Virus record (IMG/VR): IMGVR_UViG_3300032093_000021
Span: 32,001-96,000 of that record
Reading direction: 5' to 3' (one strand)
DNA: 64,000 nucleotides
Origin: a virus
Position 1 is the stretch's first letter. Each line of letters begins with the position of its first letter. The translations under genes were made by a program, and so were the position numbers. Of this stretch, positions 1 to 7,695 are shown piece by piece. The notes beneath the pieces are model-generated. The model did not search any database, was not told the DNA's origin, and worked only from the letters and a program-made list of their open reading frames with translations.

Positions 1-69
1 TTTAAGTGTATCTACAGATAACTCTTCAGTTTTAACTTTGATTTGTTCAATAGTTGATAATTCTGACAT
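1..69 (-). CDS. 5' part of a small protein, possibly histone H1-like/Hc1 nucleoid protein (truncated by window edge)
   Basis: Manual translation from ATG at 69: MSELSTIEQIKVKTEELSVDTLK..., open to the window edge; resembles the N-terminus of Bacteroidota/phage Hc1-like proteins, but the diagnostic GNK-AGTRARK motif would lie outside the window. Confidence 0.45.
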   Translation of the reverse strand, partial: MSELSTIEQIKVKTEELSVDTLK

Positions 70-132
70 TTTTTTAAATTTTATCGTTTATTGTATATAA
101 CAATAGGGTTTTTTTGATTTCAAGTAAATACA

Positions 133-606
133 TTATGAATAATCACTCATGTTTTTATCTAATAATTTATAAACCTCAGTAAAAAGATCTAGGTCAGGTT
201 TAGTAAATGGAAAATCTCTATCAAATAACTCTTCAAAAAACTTTCCCAAAGAGTTTCTTATTGACATATTTTTTTGATTATAAAACACTTCAGTCAAAAA
301 AACTAAAAAATAATCATAATGATCTCCTCTATCATTGAATTCAATATTTTCTTTTTTAAATGAATTTATTGTTGTTTCCCAACACCAATCAAAATGTTTT
401 TTTTTATCTTCATCAGACAAAATTATCTTGGTTTCATTTGGTAAACTCTCGTCACCCAAATAAGTTTCGCTAATCAACATTATCAATGATGTACAAAAAT
501 CGTAAAAAAGTTCACATTTTTCAGTAATAATGTTGTTAACATTCATCCAAACTTGCACTTCATCTTCCGGTATAGGTTTCATCACCCAAGAAAAAAAATT
601 CTCCAT
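133..606 (-). CDS. hypothetical protein
   Basis: 157-aa ORF with normal composition, co-oriented with neighbours; no recognisable motif. Confidence 0.75.
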   Translation of the reverse strand: MENFFSWVMKPIPEDEVQVWMNVNNIITEKCELFYDFCTSLIMLISETYLGDESLPNETKIILSDEDKKKHFDWCWETTINSFKKENIEFNDRGDHYDYFLVFLTEVFYNQKNMSIRNSLGKFFEELFDRDFPFTKPDLDLFTEVYKLLDKNMSDYS

Positions 607-627
607 AGAAATTTATCTATGGAGAAT
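590..627 (-). terminator. 12-bp hairpin plus U-tract overlapping the start codon of 133..606
   Basis: Perfect inverted repeat attctccataga (598-609)/tctatggagaat (616-627); on the minus strand it is followed by a T-run; the ATG at 606-604 lies in the 3' arm. Confidence 0.6.
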
Positions 628-655
628 ATAATCAATTAATTACTTTTTTTGTAGG

Positions 656-2551
656 TTATTGTGTTCTTTTATCGTAATTCATTAAATTCTTGATCTTGTT
701 AAATTCTTCTGATAGTAAAATATCATTTTTTTCCTCAGTTGACTCAAGTTGATTCAGAATTTTTGTCGCCTTTGATGCGGCATCCTTACCATAATTTTGT
801 TTGAATTTTGCCGCACGACCTGAATTTCCTTTAACAATTTCAGCAGGTTGTGGAGCTTTGTTGTAAGCTATGTCCTTAACCGCCCCCAACAAATTATCCT
901 TTCTAATCTGATTTCTTTTTTTATTTACACCTGTTTCAACCGCATTTGCCCATTTTGGATTGTTACCTGTTTTAGAGGATCCTTCTATGTTAGAAGTTAT
1001 TCTATCCTCATCCGGGTGAATTTCATCATAGACGAGATTTTCTTGACCCGCAGCCGTAAAATTATCAATATATTCAGAAGTCGCATTGTCAGGTTGGTAT
1101 GCCATTTTTTCCATTTTAGCTAATTCACCATTACCTTTAGGAAAATGTTTGGGACTTGTTTCGTATCCCCCTTTAGATCCGTCTTTCAGATAATCTTTTA
1201 ACTTTTGCGTTACACTTTTGATATAATCATCATTTTCTTTTTTAGAACCTTTCAGGGCTTTTTCAGTTTCAGCCCATCCTTTAGGTTTTTTACCTCCGAA
1301 ATACTTATCACTTTTTTGCTCCAAAACAATCTGTTCAATTAAATTGATCATTTCTGACTCAGTTAATTCAATTGATTCTTTAACACTTTTCTTTTTATGT
1401 TCCACCCCTTTATAAGCTTTTATATTTTTTGCGAAATTAGCTTTTTTAACTAATTTAGGATCTCCACTTTTCATCGCTTTATCTATACAAGATTTAGTAA
1501 CTTCACCACCACAATATTCTTTGAATGAACCTTCAGTTCCTTTTTTCTCCATTTTTTTCACTGCTTTTTGGATGAATTTTTCGGCTTCATCCAAGTTTGA
1601 TCTATCTGTATAAGTTTTTCCACCTAACTTAAATTTTCCACCTTTTTTTGTTTTTCTTAAAGCATTTGTAAAAGCGTTTCCCTCTTCCATCTCATCAGTT
1701 TCACCTAAACCTAATTTACCTTTTATTTTGTTTAAAAAAGAACTTTTTTTAGGTTCTTCAAATTCAATATCTTCAACACCATTATATCTTCTTTTACCTA
1801 ATGGAACGTCTTCAGATTCAATATCCTGAAAATCATAATCAGTTTTTTTACCTCTGTCGTACATACCACCTGTTTTCTCATGAAAATGATCAGAATCAAT
1901 ATTATCGTAATATCCAATTCCTTCTTCTAATTCATCATCAAAATCAGACACAAAACGTTCAACATCTTTATCACCCATTAAATGACTTCCAGCTTTTTTA
2001 CCTCTGAAAGAGTGCATTGGTTCTCCTTCTCCCGGATATTCGTCTGTATATTCCAAGTCATCTTCAAATGAAGGTGACTTGAATTTGTATTTTCCACCTT
2101 TTTTCAATTTAGAAAGTTCAATTTCACCAACCTCTTTTTTCTTTTTTGATCCACGAAGAAGTTTGAAATCTTCTTTATCTAATCTACCATTTTTATTTCT
2201 ATCTAATCTTTTCTGACCACCATGTAATCTTTCAGTAATGCTTCCTTTACAAAACATTTGTGTTCTTTCATCGTCAGGTCCAAAGTTAGCCATATGATAT
2301 TTACAAGTTTCATCATTGTCACCTGTAGATTTATCAGTTATGTCCGTTTCCCCACCATCCATTTCAGATTCATCTTCCTCAGATATATCTGTCCCTGAAA
2401 TAGTCACAGGACCTTGTGGATTCCAATCTTCTGATGTTGCCGCTTGAGGTCCAGTCCAACCGGCAGCATCAATTTTATTACTCAATTCTTCTGTTTTTTC
2501 CTCTAAAGATTCTTTCATAGCAACTTTTATTAATTTATCAATATGATTCAT
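656..2551 (-). CDS. large low-complexity charged protein, putative head-associated/internal virion protein
   Basis: Probable start MNHIDKL at 2551 (no overlap with upstream gene, TATTTAT motif 13 nt upstream); alternating acidic and basic modules, EF-hand-like LDRNKNGRLDKED, LTESEMINLIEQIVLEQ and LLSEEFNKIKNLM helices. Confidence 0.6.
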   Translation of the reverse strand: MNHIDKLIKVAMKESLEEKTEELSNKIDAAGWTGPQAATSEDWNPQGPVTISGTDISEEDESEMDGGETDITDKSTGDNDETCKYHMANFGPDDERTQMFCKGSITERLHGGQKRLDRNKNGRLDKEDFKLLRGSKKKKEVGEIELSKLKKGGKYKFKSPSFEDDLEYTDEYPGEGEPMHSFRGKKAGSHLMGDKDVERFVSDFDDELEEGIGYYDNIDSDHFHEKTGGMYDRGKKTDYDFQDIESEDVPLGKRRYNGVEDIEFEEPKKSSFLNKIKGKLGLGETDEMEEGNAFTNALRKTKKGGKFKLGGKTYTDRSNLDEAEKFIQKAVKKMEKKGTEGSFKEYCGGEVTKSCIDKAMKSGDPKLVKKANFAKNIKAYKGVEHKKKSVKESIELTESEMINLIEQIVLEQKSDKYFGGKKPKGWAETEKALKGSKKENDDYIKSVTQKLKDYLKDGSKGGYETSPKHFPKGNGELAKMEKMAYQPDNATSEYIDNFTAAGQENLVYDEIHPDEDRITSNIEGSSKTGNNPKWANAVETGVNKKRNQIRKDNLLGAVKDIAYNKAPQPAEIVKGNSGRAAKFKQNYGKDAASKATKILNQLESTEEKNDILLSEEFNKIKNLMNYDKRTQ

Positions 2552-2573
2552 AGTTTTTTTTTTAATAAATATT

Positions 2574-3485
2574 TCAATAGTTTGGTTTATTTCTCTTAGT
2601 TTCCAATTCATTTTGGATAATTGATTTAATCACATCAGGAGAAACATTATATTTTAAACTTACGTCTTCAATTACTTTTTTTACTTTTTCATTTTCATAT
2701 ATTTTTAAAGCTTTAATATCTCCCTGATTACAATAAGGGAAAGTTTTACATTTTTTCTTTATTGTTACAAAATTTCCACCCGGTATTTGGGTTTTTGACC
2801 TCCCTCTCCAATCTTTTTTTGAGGTTGATTTTGCCCAAGCTGCGGTTGTTACGTAAGATCCTGATGAACCAGACCCAGTGGCTTCCTTGGTTTCAGTTTT
2901 TTTCCCTTTTTTTTTCTTCTTTGATTGTTCTTCTTTTTCTTTAAATTCGTCTAACATGTTTTTTACTTTTGATAAAGTCTCATCAGAAACTTTATCACTC
3001 CTTTTGATATACCCATATAAATCTTCAAAACTGAAAGCATACGCATCCATTATCAAAAATAAAAGTTGTCTATATAAATCTCTATCTTCATTTTTTAAGA
3101 TTTTTAAAACTTCATCTGCCTTCTCATATTCATCAACTTTCATAACCTCTTCTAAATTAGTTTTTTCTGTTGATATTGGAGGTGCGAATGATCCTGCCGC
3201 GGAAGCTGAAGTTGCTTCTTTATTCTCAATTTTTTTTAACTTGTTATAATATTCTAAATCTTCATACAAATGATCCATGGCTATTTTTTTAGCCACTTGT
3301 TTGTTATCAGTATGTTCCATTTCAATTTTAGTCCCTTGAATAATTGCGTCCTTAACTTTTTTTTCAACCAAAGAAATGTCTTTCCCTTTTTTATGATTTT
3401 TCTTAACAATCTCATCAAAGGTTTTGTTTTTGATTGAAGATTTCTTCAATGCTTTTTCTATTAAATAATTTAAAACTTTACTCAT
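2574..3485 (-). CDS. DUF5661-like domain protein
   Basis: GTKIEMEHTDNKQVAKKIAMDHLYEDLEYYNKLKKIE matches the DUF5661 pattern (G..EMEHT...A..IA.DHL.E...YY..L); start at 3485 gives an ATGA overlap with the upstream stop. Confidence 0.65.
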   Translation of the reverse strand: MSKVLNYLIEKALKKSSIKNKTFDEIVKKNHKKGKDISLVEKKVKDAIIQGTKIEMEHTDNKQVAKKIAMDHLYEDLEYYNKLKKIENKEATSASAAGSFAPPISTEKTNLEEVMKVDEYEKADEVLKILKNEDRDLYRQLLFLIMDAYAFSFEDLYGYIKRSDKVSDETLSKVKNMLDEFKEKEEQSKKKKKGKKTETKEATGSGSSGSYVTTAAWAKSTSKKDWRGRSKTQIPGGNFVTIKKKCKTFPYCNQGDIKALKIYENEKVKKVIEDVSLKYNVSPDVIKSIIQNELETKRNKPNY

Positions 3486-4129
3486 TTTTTTAATTTGATT
3501 TTCCAATATATTCCTCCCTGTATTGAAGGCACCAAAGCGTTTGTAATCCCAATTCCTAAACTATACATGTTATCAGATTTTGTTTTCAAAACAAAATTAG
3601 GTCCGAAAAAGTTGAACCCTTGTCTAGTAACCCCAACTAATCCTCCTACATAAACCTGATTAACAGGTAGCTTAACAACAATAATACTATCTTTTATTAC
3701 AATTTGATTGATGTCAGATTTTAAAGTCCTACCTTTTATCTTGTTCTCTTGAACTGTATCAACCAATGTTATGGTACCCAAACTATCCTCCAATTTTATC
3801 GTATCTTTATAAACTCTTTTAGAATAGTAATCTTTCAATATAGCGGCAGTATCTACATCGGCGGGGACATCAATATAAACAGGAGTTTCAACGTAAATAG
3901 TTTGACCTGGTTTATACACTGTTTGAGTTTTTGGAATATACTGTGTATCTATAACTCTTTGGATTACAGTATATTTTTTTCCTCCAACCTTTATTGTATC
4001 TCCCGGTTTTACAGGTGGTTTAGGCGTACAAAGTTTCAATAAAAGAATGACAATAATTAAACAAATTATCATCAAGGTTTTCAAATCCAAGTATTCATAA
4101 AATTTTTTAGAGTTCTTCTTCATCTTCAC
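3482..4129 (-). CDS. membrane-anchored envelope protein/lipoprotein (possible spanin-like)
   Basis: N-terminal hydrophobic helix LMIICLIIVILLLKLC, many D-T/S-hydrophobic repeats, C-terminal amphipathic beta strands ending GGIYWKIKLKK. Confidence 0.5.
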   Translation of the reverse strand: MKMKKNSKKFYEYLDLKTLMIICLIIVILLLKLCTPKPPVKPGDTIKVGGKKYTVIQRVIDTQYIPKTQTVYKPGQTIYVETPVYIDVPADVDTAAILKDYYSKRVYKDTIKLEDSLGTITLVDTVQENKIKGRTLKSDINQIVIKDSIIVVKLPVNQVYVGGLVGVTRQGFNFFGPNFVLKTKSDNMYSLGIGITNALVPSIQGGIYWKIKLKK

Positions 4130-4730
4130 CTCCTTTTTGCATAGTTTTTTTCCTTGATGCCAATACCTTAGCCCATTTAGATTTGAACTTTTCGTAATAA
4201 GCCTGTAACTTTCTCATTGTTTCCAAAAAGTTTTCATCAACTTTCATCATCGTCCCGTTTATATAAATTCCATTGTTTTCACCAATTGTGAAATAAAATT
4301 CCATGTCAAAATCTATAATCTTTCCACCCCATTCTACATCCTTTGTATATACATTCAAGTTTTCAAAATCTACGAGATCAGATACTTCATTGATAAATTC
4401 ATCCATAGTTTCCTGAAACGCCACTTTTTCATCTGTCGTTAGTTCCAAATCACTTTGGTCTCTACCATGTAAAGTTATCATTCCACCTGAAATTCTATAA
4501 GCTTGTTGCTTATCGTCTTTCATTTTTTCTTTTTCCGAATCAATTTTTTCTTCAGTACTTTTAATTGGATTAATTTTTTGGAATACATCGGATCCTGATT
4601 TTTCATCATCTTGTTCCATTAAAATACCATACTTTTTTTTAATTGAGTAATTTTCCTCATTTAAATTAGATTTAAGCATCTTGTTAGATGCCTTCAATAA
4701 CTTTTTTATTTCATCATACGAATTGCTCAT
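4107..4730 (-). CDS. hypothetical phage protein
   Basis: ATG at 4730 (MSNSYDEIKK); 207 aa; TATTTAT motif 14 nt upstream. Confidence 0.7.
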   Translation of the reverse strand: MSNSYDEIKKLLKASNKMLKSNLNEENYSIKKKYGILMEQDDEKSGSDVFQKINPIKSTEEKIDSEKEKMKDDKQQAYRISGGMITLHGRDQSDLELTTDEKVAFQETMDEFINEVSDLVDFENLNVYTKDVEWGGKIIDFDMEFYFTIGENNGIYINGTMMKVDENFLETMRKLQAYYEKFKSKWAKVLASRKKTMQKGGEDEEEL

Positions 4731-5319
4731 TCTCAAAATATTTTATAAATAAATCAAAATCAAATGCCGGACTTAAATCTGTAGATTTGGAGTTGAAATT
4801 ACTTTTTGATATTATACCATTATATCTTTCAACACCTTCCACTTTTGTATTATGACCGACACATTTTTTATCAATAGAGAAATCATCCGTTAACTTATTA
4901 CACAATTCAGCACAACTTTTAAGTTGTTCTTCAGTATAAGGTTGCCAAAAGAAATAATCTCTCCATTTTCTTTCAAAAATTTCTCCTTTATAAATATCAC
5001 CAATCCAGTTAACGTAATAATCTGTTAGTGGTCTTTTTTCTAACCAACCCAAATTTTCAAGAACCACTATAATTGAGTTCTTATTTATAGATTCTTTTTT
5101 GAAAAATGAAGAATAAGTGTCGTCCGGAATCAAGTTATATATAATTCCCTCTCTACTTATTACATAATTAGGAATTTTATTGTATTTTTTGTTGTGTCTT
5201 TCTTTTAATGAGGTAATATAATATCTAATATCACGTGAAGTGTTAGCCAAAATAATTTGTTTTTTTTTCTTATTTTGACTGATATAACTTAAATTTTCAA
5301 TTTTTTCAATATTAAACAT
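4714..5319 (-). CDS. N-acetylmuramoyl-L-alanine amidase (Amidase_2/PGRP fold)-like protein, possibly catalytically degenerate
   Basis: Motif order QIIL(AN)T, PNYVISREGII, NKNSIIVVLE, YTEEQLKS, VGH, TDLSP matches Amidase_2; the first Zn-ligand His is absent. Confidence 0.7.
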   Translation of the reverse strand: MFNIEKIENLSYISQNKKKKQIILANTSRDIRYYITSLKERHNKKYNKIPNYVISREGIIYNLIPDDTYSSFFKKESINKNSIIVVLENLGWLEKRPLTDYYVNWIGDIYKGEIFERKWRDYFFWQPYTEEQLKSCAELCNKLTDDFSIDKKCVGHNTKVEGVERYNGIISKSNFNSKSTDLSPAFDFDLFIKYFENEQFV

Positions 5320-5320
5320 T

Positions 5321-6010
5321 CTATTTTGTGTAAACTAATCTTTTTACTTTTTCATCTTCAATATTTTCCTGTTCTTTTGTTTCTTGATCCGATTCTTTTT
5401 TACCTAGTAAAATTTCTTCAGCTTTATCTATCTCCTCTTTACTTGGCATATTAACAATTAAATCTTTATCATAGTTCTCCTTTTCTATTTTTCCGGCGAT
5501 TTTACTCAACTCTTCAATATCAACATCAGTTGTTTTTTTCTTATTTTTTTCCTCTTCTTCAAACTTAACTAACATGTGTAAAAACGATAAAGATATTAGC
5601 GGCAACATTCCCCCCGAGAAGAAAGCCAAGAATCTTTTATGACCTATTAAATCTCCGGATTCAACCCCCATCAAACTAACCAACGGATCTACAAGATCAA
5701 CCCAGTCCCTAAAAATAGGATTGTTTATATCAATAAACTGATATGCAAAAAATATGTTTCCTATGAACTGAATGAGTGTTACAATACCGAATGGGAAGTA
5801 AACCTTTCTACCCATATTTGCGGATATAGCCGCTAATGCAGATAAGGCGGCAATCTCAATACCTACTGAAAGATATATAGCCCAACTAAACGGATTAGAT
5901 ATTCCATACCATTTTGTTACGTGAGATATTGACACCAACGCAACCAAAATTATCGGAACTAAAAATGAAACATATATAATGTTTTTAATATTTCTTTGAA
6001 ACCAATTCAT
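5321..6010 (-). CDS. multi-pass membrane protein (holin candidate)
   Basis: About four hydrophobic helices followed by a highly charged C-terminal tail; adjacent to the amidase-like gene. Confidence 0.55.
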   Translation of the reverse strand: MNWFQRNIKNIIYVSFLVPIILVALVSISHVTKWYGISNPFSWAIYLSVGIEIAALSALAAISANMGRKVYFPFGIVTLIQFIGNIFFAYQFIDINNPIFRDWVDLVDPLVSLMGVESGDLIGHKRFLAFFSGGMLPLISLSFLHMLVKFEEEEKNKKKTTDVDIEELSKIAGKIEKENYDKDLIVNMPSKEEIDKAEEILLGKKESDQETKEQENIEDEKVKRLVYTK

Positions 6011-6291
6011 TATTTACTTCTTAATCTTTTTATCTCCTCATCTATTTGAGTTTGTCTTTGAACGTCGAGGATCTTTCTGTCAGTAGCTTGGATCATTCTT
6101 TTTTCCGCTTCCAATCCACTAATTCTTAATTCAACTTCCAACTCCTTTTTTGTATAAGTAGAATCTTTAATCAGTTGAATCTCTTTTCTGATTTTAGTTA
6201 ACTCTCTTGAGTCTCCACATGTCTTAACTAATGTTAATAATGAAATAGCTAAGATTATGTTTGCAAAATTTTCAGTTATAAATTTTTTCAT
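6010..6291 (-). CDS. small lipoprotein/membrane-anchored coiled-coil protein (spanin candidate)
   Basis: Hydrophobic N-terminus ending in LLTLVKTCG (possible lipidated Cys), then a coiled-coil-like helix. Confidence 0.5.
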   Translation of the reverse strand: MKKFITENFANIILAISLLTLVKTCGDSRELTKIRKEIQLIKDSTYTKKELEVELRISGLEAEKRMIQATDRKILDVQRQTQIDEEIKRLRSK

Positions 6292-6317
6292 ATTTAAAAG
6301 TTTTATTATAATAAAAT

Positions 6318-6349
6318 AAAAAAAAATGGACTATTATAAATAGTCCATT
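6318..6349 (-). terminator. Rho-independent terminator after the sigma factor gene, containing the TATTTAT motif
   Basis: Stem aatggactat (6325-6334)/atagtccatt (6340-6349), followed on the minus strand by a long T-run. Confidence 0.75.
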
Positions 6350-6355
6350 CTCATA

Positions 6356-7156
6356 TTAAAGGTAATCAAAGAGTACCGAACTCTCATTCCTGAGCTTCCT
6401 TAGTGCTTTTTCTTTAATTTGTCTAACTCTTTCTTTGGTTAAATCAAAATCAGTTCCAATATCTTCTAAAGTTCTATTGTTTCCGGTAAGTCCGAAGTAA
6501 TCCTCAATAATAATTCTTTCTCTATCATCTAAAACATTGAGGATATCAATCAGTTTTTGTTTTAGAATATCTTGGTTATTAAAAGATTCATCAGGTGAAA
6601 CCGCATTTGGGTTTGTAACAATATCCATTAATGTGTCTCCCTCCTCATTTATAGAATTATCAATTTGGAGAATTGATGGGAGATTTGCGAACTTGTCAGA
6701 CAATTCAGTAATACCTTGTTCTACCGCCTTCTTTTCCTTATGAAGTTCTTGAACAATATTCACCGGGAGACGGATTGTTCTTGCGTTTTCATTCAGAGAT
6801 TGAAGAATTGATTGTCTAACCCACCAAACAGCGTAAGATATAAATCTGAGGTTTTTGGTCCAATCAAAGTTCTTGATTGCTTTGATGAGTCCAAGATTAC
6901 CTTCGGCGATAAGATCATTCAGATCTAACCCTTGGTTTTGGTATTGCTTTGCCACGGTAATAACGAATCGGAGATTACCCTCAACTATTTCCTTTTCAAT
7001 TTCTTCCTTAACTTGTTTGGACACTCTACCTGAAGACATAATAGAGGATAACTCTCTTTCTCTTTCAGGTGTCATAACCTTAATCTTGCGAAGGTCTTTC
7101 AAATAGGAATAGATTTCTTCCTGATTAATCGGTGCACTTTCTGTTTTTTCTTTCAT
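6356..7156 (-). CDS. phage-encoded RNA polymerase sigma-70 factor, RpoD/SigA-like (Bacteroidota type)
   Basis: Region 1.2 YLKDL; region 2 NLRFVITVAKQYQNQG..DLIAEGNLGLIKA..FD...RFISYAVWWVRQSI; RTIRLPVN; region 4 RTLEDIG..FDLTKERVRQIKEKALRKLR; no region 1.1. Confidence 0.95.
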   Translation of the reverse strand: MKEKTESAPINQEEIYSYLKDLRKIKVMTPERERELSSIMSSGRVSKQVKEEIEKEIVEGNLRFVITVAKQYQNQGLDLNDLIAEGNLGLIKAIKNFDWTKNLRFISYAVWWVRQSILQSLNENARTIRLPVNIVQELHKEKKAVEQGITELSDKFANLPSILQIDNSINEEGDTLMDIVTNPNAVSPDESFNNQDILKQKLIDILNVLDDRERIIIEDYFGLTGNNRTLEDIGTDFDLTKERVRQIKEKALRKLRNESSVLFDYL

Positions 7157-7158
7157 TC

Positions 7159-7695
7159 TTATTTTATTTTATGTAAAAAGTTTTTCTCATCTTCAGTTAA
7201 CGAATCCAACCCGGAATCGTTTATCTTATCCAAAATATCATTTAAATTATATTCCTCAACGAATTTTGGTTTTAAGTAATCATAATAATCATCATCTTCA
7301 TCTTCTTCACTTTCAATTATATCTAATAATTCCTCAAGTAATGGATCATATTGATCGTTACTAGTTTGAAAAACCAAATTTGCAGTTTCTAAACACAAAA
7401 AATCTTCCATAATTAATTTTTCATCCTCTTTGTTGTTGGATAGAAAATTTAATGTGATTTTGTCGTCATTTTGACATAGAATATAATTATACTGACATTT
7501 TGTCATTATACTATCTATGGACTCTTTCGCAAAACTCTGATTGAAAGTAGTTGCAAAATGTAGAACAAAAGATGCATTAACAATTCTATACTTGATTAGT
7601 GGTGCGGAATTTAGTTCCACGATTTCATTTGCCACATTTTGGATCTGTTCAAGTGTAAGATCCGGTTCTAATACGATTAGAAAATACTTTGTCAT
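7159..7695 (-). CDS. hypothetical protein with C-terminal DUF6576-like motif
   Basis: C-terminal LNDILDKINDSGLDSLTEDEKNFL matches the 'D.ILDKI...G..SLT..EK.FL' motif. Confidence 0.6.
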   Translation of the reverse strand: MTKYFLIVLEPDLTLEQIQNVANEIVELNSAPLIKYRIVNASFVLHFATTFNQSFAKESIDSIMTKCQYNYILCQNDDKITLNFLSNNKEDEKLIMEDFLCLETANLVFQTSNDQYDPLLEELLDIIESEEDEDDDYYDYLKPKFVEEYNLNDILDKINDSGLDSLTEDEKNFLHKIK

